Assembly (NCBI GenBank): GCA_963833985.1
Contig: CAWIAD010000002.1
Span: forward strand, 2,912,001 to 2,976,000
Length of the DNA stretch: 64,000 bases
Origin: an uncultured Planctomycetaceae bacterium
Lineage (GTDB): Bacteria; Planctomycetota; Planctomycetia; Isosphaerales; Isosphaeraceae
Direction: 5' to 3'
Part shown: piece after piece, positions 29,800 through 38,997 of the stretch
Numbering within the stretch: the stretch's first letter is position 1
How the letters are laid out: each line of letters opens with the position of its first letter
The notes under the pieces: generated by a model
Seen by the model: only the letters and a program-made list of their open reading frames with translations
What the model was told of the DNA's origin: nothing
The model's database searches: none
Position numbers and translations under genes: made by a program

Positions 29800-30599
29800 G
29801 ATTTCAGACCTCGCCTGGAATGGATGGTGATGGGAGCGACAAGGACCGAGAGCTCGCGGTCGGCCCGCACGGGGGTGCCGTGGTGGCCGTCGCAAATGCT
29901 GCTCTGTCCCGCGAAGCGATCGAGAATGCACGTGTGCAGCACGGGTATGGTGGTCCTGGTCTCGCCACACTGGTTGGCGAAGAGTACCGGAATACCCAGG
30001 TCGCTGGCAACTTTCTCGGGGATCGCACAGGAGAGTGGACCGACGTGCCCCAGCAGCCAGTGTCTCTTGCCGGTGTCGCGATTGGCGAAATCCGGCCAGG
30101 CAGCCGCGACGACTGCCAGGTCGATCTTTCCCCGGTATTCTTCCCACACCCGCCGATAGATCATGTCCGCGCAGATGCCGAAACCGATCCGCCCGAAGGG
30201 AGTGCCAACGATGAGCGGGGCACTTCCCGGATGGAACCGGAAGCGTTCCCAGAACACCAGGTTGCGTTTGCGGTAGACGCGCATCTCACCATCGGGCGTG
30301 CAGAAGGCGAGCGAGTCGAAGAGATGCCGTCCGTCCCGCTCGACAAAGCCCGCGGCGATGGCCATCTTCCAGCGCATGCTACGCTGCCGCAGGTACGAGA
30401 GCGTGGGCCCTTCGGCCGTCTCACTGCAAGGGCCGAAATCCGGGCAGAGGCTGTACCCCGTGTTGAACAGCTCGGGCAAAACCACGAGCTCCGAGCCTGC
30501 GTCGCGGGCCACCCGCAGCAGCTCGTCGGCGCGTTGGAGGTTGGCAGGCAGGTCCAGTATGGCGCACGGCATCTGAATCGCGGCTGCCTGGATCTTCAT
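29757..30599 (-). CDS. Carbon-nitrogen hydrolase (nitrilase superfamily)
   Basis: Catalytic E-K-C motifs VLPELFNTGY, YRKRNL and GICAD; GGAGG RBS. Confidence 0.9.
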   Translation of the reverse strand: MKIQAAAIQMPCAILDLPANLQRADELLRVARDAGSELVVLPELFNTGYSLCPDFGPCSETAEGPTLSYLRQRSMRWKMAIAAGFVERDGRHLFDSLAFCTPDGEMRVYRKRNLVFWERFRFHPGSAPLIVGTPFGRIGFGICADMIYRRVWEEYRGKIDLAVVAAAWPDFANRDTGKRHWLLGHVGPLSCAIPEKVASDLGIPVLFANQCGETRTTIPVLHTCILDRFAGQSSICDGHHGTPVRADRELSVLVAPITIHSRRGLKSWSFTSHLASAASS

Positions 30600-30957
30600 G
30601 CCAGTTCACCTCCACGTCCCTGAGGATGGCGAACCGAGGTCACAAGTGGGCCTCGACCGCAATACGAGCCCGGCAACGAGCCGATGGTACCGGCCCGCGC
30701 CACTTCCTACAGCCGTTGCAACCGCAGTGTCCGTGTCGCCGATCGGGGTATCGCTGGTCCACTCATCGGCCGGGCTGACTTCACGACTTCAATTCTTGTC
30801 CACTTCCGCGGACCAGCCGGGTCTCGTGACGCCTGCTGCGATCGAGCCACTACCCGTCCGGTTCGAGCCCAGCGTCTCCGCCTTCCATGATGGTTGATCT
30901 GACCGCGCAGTCCGCGGCGTCCGGCACAGGAAACATCACGTGAGCGGCAAAGCTGGC

Positions 30958-31425
30958 TCAATCCACGAATCCCAGCCAGCCCAGAAACCCGCCCCGGCGT
31001 GGCTTGGGCAAGACATGGGCCTCGCTGCGCAGTTGCTCGGCACGGTCGCGCAGCTCGCCGGTCCGAGGCGTGGCGGCCGGGGCGAGCTGGTACTTGAACT
31101 CGCGTTCGTCCCGGAGGTGGAATGGAACCATGTTCTCGGTGAAGAATTCCGTGAACAGGTTGTCCCACCACGGCGCCTTGATGGGCTCGATGATCGTCCT
31201 GGTCTCGTAGCCATCGAGAATGAAAGTGATCTCCCGGTCCCCGTAGTAATAGAAGGAACGGGAAACCGGGGTCTGGCCCACTTCTTCACCGTTGACGATC
31301 GCCAGCGCACCCGGCGGTTCGGTACGCAGGGTGTAGCGGCGTTCCACGCACCCCGTGCAAACGAGCGCACCGGTCAAGGCCAGGCACGCCGCCAGGCGAC
31401 GATCGATCACGAGCGACTTGACCAT
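30958..31425 (-). CDS. PEGA-domain lipoprotein
   Basis: Lipobox-like LVCTGC followed by VERRYTLRTEPPGALAIVNGEEVGQTPV..LDGYET. Confidence 0.85.
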   Translation of the reverse strand: MVKSLVIDRRLAACLALTGALVCTGCVERRYTLRTEPPGALAIVNGEEVGQTPVSRSFYYYGDREITFILDGYETRTIIEPIKAPWWDNLFTEFFTENMVPFHLRDEREFKYQLAPAATPRTGELRDRAEQLRSEAHVLPKPRRGGFLGWLGFVD

Positions 31426-31613
31426 CCTTGGCTCTCCTGGCCCGCTGAGAGGTCGGCCCGGTCAGCGAGTGGGCGAATTGTAACGACGAGTGCCAGAGCC
31501 GGCAAGTCGGCTTGGCGCACGCCGGGACCGGCTGCCATCATGAGTTCCACCTCAAACTACCGAGGTACGTAAGGGCTTGATCCATCCTTTCCGCTTCCTG
31601 CCGATATCCTGCC

Positions 31614-33125
31614 ATGATCATCCACTTGCAGCGCCAGTCCTGGGCAGAAAGCCAGTCGTCCTGGCTTGTCATGTTTCTCATGGAAGATGCCGGCGCGCCA
31701 CCCGCCGAGGTCAGGGGCACACCGCTGGGAGAGCAGCTCGACCGGCTGCTCGCTCAGAAGGACCTGACCGGCTCGACGTGCGAGCTGACGGCCGTCCATG
31801 CCCCGTCTGGCTACCCGGCCGGCTCCGTCATGGTGGTGGGGCTCGGCCATTCTGGCAAGTTCAACGCGGCCGTGGCCTACTCGGCCGGCTTCGCATTGGC
31901 CAAGCGACTGGCCGGCAAGCCCCGCGAGAGCGTGTCGCTGGCCATTCCCGAGATCAGCGTCCGCCCCAATTCCGAGTGGGTCCCTGCACTGGTGGCGGGC
32001 GCGCTCTCCGGCACGCGCGGGCCTGGCCTGTGCAAGTCCGAGCCCAATCGGCACCCGTTCGGCACCCTGAACCTGATTGTGAGCCCGTCCACCCCCGACG
32101 ACACCGTGCGCGAGATTGAAGCGCTGATGCGCCAGGGTGAGATCATCGGCCAGGCGATCAGCCTGGCGCGCGACCTGGCGAACACGCCTCCTTCACAGAA
32201 GTGCCCCGCCCGGCTGGCCGAAGAGATTCGCACCATGGCTTCGGATGCGGGCATCTCCGCCCAGGTCTGGGATGAAACGCGGATCCGCCAGGAGCGGTTC
32301 GGCGGCTTGCTCGGCGTGGCCTCGGGTTCCGAGAACCCTCCCGCGTTCGTCATTCTCGATTACCGCCGTGGCGGCGATGCCCCCACCCTGGCACTTGTGG
32401 GTAAAGGGGTCACCTTCGACTCTGGCGGCTTGAGCCTCAAGCCGAGCGCCTCGATGGAGGACATGAAGAGCGATATGACTGGTGCCGCCGTGGTGGCTGC
32501 GACCATGCAGGCCGTGGCCCGGCTTGGTCTGCCGGTCAATGTCACAGGTTACCTGGCCCTCACCGAGAACATGACCGGTGGCAAGGCCATGAAACTCGGC
32601 GACGTTCTGACCATGAGGAACGGCAAGACGGTCGAGGTCCTGAACACCGATGCCGAGGGCAGACTGATCCTGGCCGATGCCCTCAGCTTCGCGGCCGAAA
32701 GCCGTCCCGCGCGGATCGTGGACCTGGCCACGCTGACGGGAGCCTGTATGGTGGCTCTGGGACCAAAGGTGGCCGGTCTCTTCTCGAACAACGAGGAGCT
32801 CAGCCAGGCCTTGCAGTCAGCTTGCCGCAGCAGCGGTGAACGCGTGTGGCGGCTGCCGCTGGACGACGACTACAAGGAGCAGCTCAAGAGCCATGTCGCC
32901 GACCTGAAGAACGTGGGCGGAAAGTGGGGTGGAGCGATCACGGCCGCGAAATTCCTGGAGCAGTTCGTGGATGGCAAGGCCTGGTGCCACCTCGACATCG
33001 CCGGCCCCAGCTGGAGTGACTCCGAGAACGCCGCGCGCGACGCAGGCGCGACCGGCTGCTTCGTGAGAACCCTCGTGACGCTCATTCAGGAACTGGCCAC
33101 GGCACCTGCTCCGGCGCCAGAGTAG
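31614..33125 (+). CDS. pepA: Leucyl aminopeptidase (M17)
   Basis: VGKGVTFDSGGLSLK; MKSDMTG; NTDAEGRL; ATLTGA; HLDIAG. Confidence 0.95.
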   Translation: MIIHLQRQSWAESQSSWLVMFLMEDAGAPPAEVRGTPLGEQLDRLLAQKDLTGSTCELTAVHAPSGYPAGSVMVVGLGHSGKFNAAVAYSAGFALAKRLAGKPRESVSLAIPEISVRPNSEWVPALVAGALSGTRGPGLCKSEPNRHPFGTLNLIVSPSTPDDTVREIEALMRQGEIIGQAISLARDLANTPPSQKCPARLAEEIRTMASDAGISAQVWDETRIRQERFGGLLGVASGSENPPAFVILDYRRGGDAPTLALVGKGVTFDSGGLSLKPSASMEDMKSDMTGAAVVAATMQAVARLGLPVNVTGYLALTENMTGGKAMKLGDVLTMRNGKTVEVLNTDAEGRLILADALSFAAESRPARIVDLATLTGACMVALGPKVAGLFSNNEELSQALQSACRSSGERVWRLPLDDDYKEQLKSHVADLKNVGGKWGGAITAAKFLEQFVDGKAWCHLDIAGPSWSDSENAARDAGATGCFVRTLVTLIQELATAPAPAPE

Positions 33126-33215
33126 ACGGCGGCTTACCCAGCACCCTGGACCAACCGAAAAGGTCCGACCCGCGACGAACGGAGGCCCACGTTTCCGGGA
33201 AGCCCGGTCTTGCCG

Positions 33216-33701
33216 TCAGGGCGCCTGGCAGCCCTGCTTCGCGAGGTACTGGTCCTTCCTGGGCTCAAACTCGCAGCGGATCCGGCAGCTGTTGACATCC
33301 AGCTCCTCCAGGATATCCAACACCTCGTCCATCTCGCTGCGCGAGAACACTTCCTGTGCCCACAAGATGATGTCCAGGTTTTCTTTGAGAACCTTGAGGC
33401 GGTCGAGGATGGGATTGATCAGGGGAGACGTGCGGAAGCGGCGCTGGAGCAGCCCGAAATCCTCCTTCTGCAACTCGATCCAGCAAGTTTTTCCCTGGAG
33501 ATGCTCGATCCAGCGCTGGCGCAGGAAGCCGTTCCAGTGGTGAAGCACCCAAAGCTTGATCGCACTTTCCCCGAGGTCGCGCCCTTCCTTCTCACTCTGG
33601 ATCCACTTGAATCGCTGAGCCTCTTCCTGGCCGTACCGCTGAAGGCTCATCTCCGTTTCGGGGAAGGTCTCAATGAATTGTCCGGACAAGGTGGAGAGCA
33701 T
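33216..33701 (-). CDS. Conserved hypothetical protein (DUF4032-like KW..SE..GRDLG motif)
   Basis: GGAGG RBS plus ATG; RFKWIQSEKEGRDLGESAIKLWVLHHWNGFLRQRWIEHL; AT-rich upstream region. Confidence 0.7.
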   Translation of the reverse strand: MLSTLSGQFIETFPETEMSLQRYGQEEAQRFKWIQSEKEGRDLGESAIKLWVLHHWNGFLRQRWIEHLQGKTCWIELQKEDFGLLQRRFRTSPLINPILDRLKVLKENLDIILWAQEVFSRSEMDEVLDILEELDVNSCRIRCEFEPRKDQYLAKQGCQAP

Positions 33702-34119
33702 CGAGTCCTCCCGGCAAGAAGGCGGCTCAAGTCCTTGAGATCTCGTGGCTGCCACGTGGTGCCTCAGGACACGCAAGGGCCTCAATCTTCAACAAGCATG
33801 CCATGAGTCTTTTTTACTCGAAATTGTCGCGCCGTGTCAGGGGTGTGTAACATTTTTCTAGATTAGTCGATTTCTTAAACGTGGCTGACTGTACCAGTGA
33901 GCACACCGGTAGTCAAATCTCGGCTCACGTCGTTCCGCATCAGTCCACGGATGAGTGAAGCCCTTGTTGATCCCCTAACCCAATTATAGGAAGCGGGAGA
34001 GCAAGAGGGACACCACAATCACAGGTCCAGTGTGAAGTTGACGGGGGCGGCCATCCATCCGTGCGAGCCGGATTGGCGAGGACTTCCTGATCCGATTACA
34101 TGCTTGCGCTGCTCCTGAA

Positions 34120-36144
34120 TCACTCTCGGGGTGCACGAGCTTCTCCCGCCCCGAACCAGGCCAGCGACCGGCCCATCATGATGGCGACACCGGCGGGGCC
34201 GGCCGCGAAGGGGCCAAGAGGGACCTCGCTCACGGCCCGCCACCGGACACGGCCATCCAGGGTTGCACAGATCAGGTGGACCTCGCGCCGGCTGATCCGC
34301 ACCGGCTCACCGTGCTCGTCCACGGTGAACAGATCGCTGGAATTGCCGCTTGCGGGGCCTTCGAAGCGGGTCTTGCCGGAGCCATCGACGGCCTGGACCC
34401 GACCGTCGGCCGAAGCCACCACTGCGAACCGTCCCAGCCTGGCCAGCGACCATCCCTCGAAGGCGATCTGCCGGGTCCAGACGGCCTTGCCGCTTGCATC
34501 ATGGCCGCTGAGTTGCTGCGACCTGCGGGACACTGTCAGCCAGGTCACTTTGCTCGGCGAATCGTCCGGTGCCTCGATGAGCAGCGGGGGATCCGCCGGA
34601 TCGAAGGTCGCGCCGACGCTCGGCTCGCCGGCGGGGTCGAAGACCAGGAGCTGTCCCTCGCTCGTGGTGACGGCCGCGGAGCCTTCAGGGCCGATCGCCA
34701 CGTCCTCCACAGCGCTGCGGAGTTCCCGCTTCCAGACCCAGCGGGACGAGGGAGTGACCCTGCCGATCCGGTCTCGCTCCTGCACCAGGATCAGCCCGAA
34801 CGTATCCGGGCGAATCGCCAGGTGGGTCAGTTCAACAAGGCTCAAATCCAGCTTCTGCTGTGTCTTACGCCGCAAGTCGCAGAGCAGGATCTGGCGGTCA
34901 GTCGCTGCCGCCAGCCAGCCTGGCGCGGTTCGCAAAATGCGCCCGACGCCGGACATCTGCGGACCCTGTCCCAGCCTCTCTCCGGTGACCGAGTGGATCT
35001 CCAGGCGATGAGGGCTTGTGAACGAGGCCACGCAGGGCGGCTCATCGGCCACGATAAGCACCGCTGTTTCGGCCTGCTCGTCCGAGGCGACGATGGGCGC
35101 CGTCCAGTCCGGCTGGCGGACCGAGCCTGTCGCCGTTCGCGTCCCCGTGCGTGCAGGGCGCCCCTCGGTTTTTCGCTTCGCGGCACCGGTGCGGGGAAGG
35201 TCTGGCTCCGCAGTCGGACCAGGACCGAACAGGTCCAGCCGGATGATCTCGCCCGTGGAGTGCCCATAAACCACGTAACGACCCAGCGGATCGATCTCCA
35301 GGGCGATCGCCGGCCGGGACAGACGCGTCTTCCAGCGCACGTTGCCGGCCGAGCTCATGATGGCCAGCTCGCCTTCCAGGGTTGCAGCCGCGATGGTCCG
35401 GCCCGGAAAGTCCGGGACCGCGTGCGAGACCGTCCCGCCCAGGTGATACGAGCCCTCGCTCCGGCCCTTGAGGTCGAACCGTTGAATTCCATGGGTGAAG
35501 CAACTGGCAAGGATCATGGCTCCGTCGCCACTGGTTGTCAGCCGGCCCACGTTCGACATGAGGCGGTCCTGCCAGACGATCTCGGGTTCCAGCCGGCCAG
35601 AACCGTGCGATGCCAGGACTTCCAGCCCGATCAGCATCCCGAACGCCGCGGCGCCGACCAGGAATGGGCGATCGGCCAGGAAGCAGAGGTGGGCCAGCGG
35701 TTGAATGGTCTCCAGGCGCCCCGCCGACCGGCCGTAGCGGTTGAGGAAAGTCACGGCTCCCAGCCGGCTGCCGATCGCGATGTAGCGCCCGTGGGGATCG
35801 ATGGTCACCAGCGCCGGATCGCTGGGCGCCTGCTTCTCCACGGTCACGTCGAAATCCGCACTGAGCAGCAGCAGGCCGCCTTCGTCGGCCTCTCCCACCA
35901 GGGCTATGAGCGAACCTTCATCGCTGATGGCCCCGTGGGCGATCTTCTGGGGAAGTCGTGAAAAGGAGAGCGATTCGCCTTGGGCGTTCAGCAGGTAGAG
36001 CTGGTTGCCCTCGTCCCAGGCGAGTATCCGGCCCGCCTCGCGCGCGAACGCCAAACCCTTGAGCGGCGACTCCGTGACCATGGTCCAGGCCGTCACTGGA
36101 TCCAGCCGGCTTCCGGTTCTGTCACTCATCTCGGGCATCTGCAA
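34120..36144 (-). CDS. Tandem beta-propeller (WD40/PQQ-like) protein
   Basis: Repeated blades (IDPHGRYIAIG, IDPLGRYVVYG, G..RW motifs) in two halves separated by a low-complexity linker; start uncertain. Confidence 0.7.
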   Translation of the reverse strand: MQMPEMSDRTGSRLDPVTAWTMVTESPLKGLAFAREAGRILAWDEGNQLYLLNAQGESLSFSRLPQKIAHGAISDEGSLIALVGEADEGGLLLLSADFDVTVEKQAPSDPALVTIDPHGRYIAIGSRLGAVTFLNRYGRSAGRLETIQPLAHLCFLADRPFLVGAAAFGMLIGLEVLASHGSGRLEPEIVWQDRLMSNVGRLTTSGDGAMILASCFTHGIQRFDLKGRSEGSYHLGGTVSHAVPDFPGRTIAAATLEGELAIMSSAGNVRWKTRLSRPAIALEIDPLGRYVVYGHSTGEIIRLDLFGPGPTAEPDLPRTGAAKRKTEGRPARTGTRTATGSVRQPDWTAPIVASDEQAETAVLIVADEPPCVASFTSPHRLEIHSVTGERLGQGPQMSGVGRILRTAPGWLAAATDRQILLCDLRRKTQQKLDLSLVELTHLAIRPDTFGLILVQERDRIGRVTPSSRWVWKRELRSAVEDVAIGPEGSAAVTTSEGQLLVFDPAGEPSVGATFDPADPPLLIEAPDDSPSKVTWLTVSRRSQQLSGHDASGKAVWTRQIAFEGWSLARLGRFAVVASADGRVQAVDGSGKTRFEGPASGNSSDLFTVDEHGEPVRISRREVHLICATLDGRVRWRAVSEVPLGPFAAGPAGVAIMMGRSLAWFGAGEARAPRE

Positions 36145-36242
36145 GCTCGCCGCATCGGGAACCTACCTTTGGAACAGGCCTCAGCCCCGACGTTGACTGG
36201 TCAGCGAACCGCGAGAGCCTGCCGGCCGGGAGATGTTCGGGA

Positions 36243-38879
36243 TTACAGATACCCCAGATGTCTGCGCCACCAGGCACCAAAGGGGACGGAGAGGACCGCG
36301 GCGAGGATCATGCTCATCATCCCTTGCGAGCCGCCCTCGGTGAAGCCGTAGCTGTGCAGGCCCACGCCCAGCACGAAATTCACGCCATACAGGCACATCA
36401 CCACCGACAGGAAGCAAATGACCGACGCCTGGGTCAGGCCGAAGGTGTTCACCCAGCCGGCAAACCGGCCGTGCAGCGGAACCAGGTAGACCAGCAGCGT
36501 GATCAGAGCCCACACCTCTTTTGGATCCCAGCCCCAGAAACGGCCCCATGAGTAATCAGCCCAGACGCCGCCCAGGATGGTCCCGGCGGCGATCAGCAGC
36601 ACGCCGACCTGCATGGCCCTGTAAACGAAGTTGGCCAGCGGCTTGATGATCAGCGCCGTCTCCTGCATGGCTCGCCCCCGGGCGTCGAGCTGCGCCGGTG
36701 CGGCCACCGCGCGCACGCGGTCGGCGGCGTCCAGAGATTCAGGAGGGGTCGGCGCGTGAACTCCCGGAGCAGGACTGGCGACAGGCTGAGATTCCTCGCT
36801 GTCGTCGTTCAGCTCATTGTCGTCCTCGCCGTTGCCGTTGCCGTGAAGAGCATCGCGGAACTTCACACGATTCACGAGCTCGCCGGCCATGGCCAGCAGC
36901 GCGCCCAGCGACACCAGCCCGCCCGCTCCGGCCATGATCGCGAAGACGTAGAAGAGGAGGTCGCCGGTGACCCACTGCGTGCCGAACGCGCCGTACGAAG
37001 CGGCCACGCCCAGGGTGCCGGCAGCCAGCAAGGGAAGGCCGGGAACCATCGGCAAGGCCACTTCGCCCAGGCTCGGAGTGCGGCGATAGGTGGCCGTGAG
37101 GTAATAGGCCATGGCAATCAACCCCAGCGCGCAGGCCAGGCCAAACGCGGCATAGCTGGAGACTTCGGTCAGAACGTGGATGGTGAGCCAGAAGTTGCTC
37201 CGCAGCACCGGCTGCAAGCTCTTGATGCTGGGGTCGAGCAGAGGGACGTTCACCGCCGTGATCGTGCCCAGAAGCGCCACGCCAGCCCCGGCCAGGGCCG
37301 TGTAGGTACGGCGGAAGATGAGCTCGAAGACGAACGCGAGCGTGGCCGCCACCAGCGCCACCCAGATGACGACCTCGTACATGTTGGTCACCGGCGCCCA
37401 GCCCGAGATCTGGATCCGCAGCATGAAGCCGTAGACCTCCAGCGCGATGCCCGTCGCCAGGGCCAGCATGCCCAGCGGGTAGAAGCCCTGACCCAGCAAG
37501 CCGGTGAACGACTTGCGTCCCGCCGTGAAGCCCAGGCTGATGGTCAAGAGGAGCAAGGCGGTGCCGTAGGCAATGGGCGCCTGCCAGAACGGGTTCATCG
37601 TATTGAAGTGTGTCTCTCGCTCGATGGCCGCCAGGCTGGGATACTTCCGGGGGTTCACGGCCTCGCCAAGTTGTCGCGACGTGGAGAGAATCGCGTCGGC
37701 GGCCGGCTGCGCAAGCTGGCCCGGATAGTTCCGTTCGGCGAGCTCCAGCGCGTGGTAGGCAGAACGGAATGCCGCCACCTCGTCCGCCGGATAACCGGCC
37801 GACTGAAGATCCTGGTCGCTGGCCTTGAGCAAGACCTTGAGCGGCACCCAGGCCGAGTTGTCGCGCAGCCAGTCGGCAAACTTCTCATCGAGCTTCGCAT
37901 TCTCGCCCGGAGGCACGCGCTCTGCCTGGGGAGTGTCGTTCCAGTAGGTATCCAGCGCCTTGAGCGTATCGAACTCGATGGGGGCCAGCTCGCGCAGGTT
38001 CTCGGTCTTGCGTGCTTTCTTGATCACCTCGGCGATATAGCCCAGGGCCTTGAAGCTGAATGGCCGGGGCATCACGCGCACCAGCCCGGCGGAGCGCATC
38101 TCATCGCCGCTGTAGGCCTTGTAGGTCATCAAGCGGCGCCCGGCATCGATGGCCCGGCGCTCGACCTCGGTGAGCCGCTCGGCCGTGGCCGGGCTGGCAT
38201 CAAACTTCTGCTTCTGCTCTTCCAGGCCGGCCACCCAGTCCATGAAGGGAAGGGGCTCGCCGTTCCGAGAAATCCTGGCGTCTTCCAGCTCACGGGGGGG
38301 CAGCCACTTGGGCTCCTCGCCGAGCCTGGCGGCCAGTTCGGCGACAGCCCTGCGATCGGCCTCGGCAAGCGAGCAGCTCTTGAGGTAAGCCGTGAGGGAG
38401 GCGGTGGTCGGATCCTCGGGGCTTTCGGCCAGCCGCGCCAGCCCCGTACGGTCGGCCGCGCTGGTCGATTCCCTGGCGGCGATGTCCTTGAGCCGTGACC
38501 GGGTGGAGCCGGCCAGGATCAGCTTGCGCAACGGCCAGTAATCGACCAGGACGAACGGCTGGTCGTCCCAGAATTCGGGACGGACCATCCAGTCGAAGAA
38601 CGCGGCGACCGGGCCCCAGGTCTCGACGACGGTGCTGGCCGCGTCGTGAAGCTTGATCGTTTCGCGGCCGAAGACGTGCTTGACCTCCTCGCGGGCCACC
38701 GTGTCCAGCGGCTTGACGCGGCCCGCGTGCATCACGGCCAGCTTGCCGAGCTGCTCGTAGGCCGGGGTTTGGCCCAGCACCTTCGCCCTGGGTTCCTCAC
38801 CGCGGGCAGGCAAGGCTGCCTGCGAGAGACCTGCAAGGACCAGACAAAGTCCCACGGATCGCGTGATCGATTGCGTCAT
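36243..38879 (-). CDS. ccsA: System II cytochrome c biogenesis protein CcsA with a large N-terminal periplasmic domain
   Basis: GRVKPLDT; APVTNMYE; LQPVLRSNFWLTIHV; WWD motif WADYSWGRFWGWDPKE; GLHSY. Confidence 0.93.
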   Translation of the reverse strand: MTQSITRSVGLCLVLAGLSQAALPARGEEPRAKVLGQTPAYEQLGKLAVMHAGRVKPLDTVAREEVKHVFGRETIKLHDAASTVVETWGPVAAFFDWMVRPEFWDDQPFVLVDYWPLRKLILAGSTRSRLKDIAARESTSAADRTGLARLAESPEDPTTASLTAYLKSCSLAEADRRAVAELAARLGEEPKWLPPRELEDARISRNGEPLPFMDWVAGLEEQKQKFDASPATAERLTEVERRAIDAGRRLMTYKAYSGDEMRSAGLVRVMPRPFSFKALGYIAEVIKKARKTENLRELAPIEFDTLKALDTYWNDTPQAERVPPGENAKLDEKFADWLRDNSAWVPLKVLLKASDQDLQSAGYPADEVAAFRSAYHALELAERNYPGQLAQPAADAILSTSRQLGEAVNPRKYPSLAAIERETHFNTMNPFWQAPIAYGTALLLLTISLGFTAGRKSFTGLLGQGFYPLGMLALATGIALEVYGFMLRIQISGWAPVTNMYEVVIWVALVAATLAFVFELIFRRTYTALAGAGVALLGTITAVNVPLLDPSIKSLQPVLRSNFWLTIHVLTEVSSYAAFGLACALGLIAMAYYLTATYRRTPSLGEVALPMVPGLPLLAAGTLGVAASYGAFGTQWVTGDLLFYVFAIMAGAGGLVSLGALLAMAGELVNRVKFRDALHGNGNGEDDNELNDDSEESQPVASPAPGVHAPTPPESLDAADRVRAVAAPAQLDARGRAMQETALIIKPLANFVYRAMQVGVLLIAAGTILGGVWADYSWGRFWGWDPKEVWALITLLVYLVPLHGRFAGWVNTFGLTQASVICFLSVVMCLYGVNFVLGVGLHSYGFTEGGSQGMMSMILAAVLSVPFGAWWRRHLGYL

Positions 38880-38997
38880 ATCGATTCTCCAGGCTTACGC
38901 GGCTTTGCCTCGGTGTCTGTGATCAGGATCGAAGGGCTCACCCTCGATTCGCGCTCCACTTCCACTTGCGGAACACGCGGTCCTACGCTTTGAGCAG

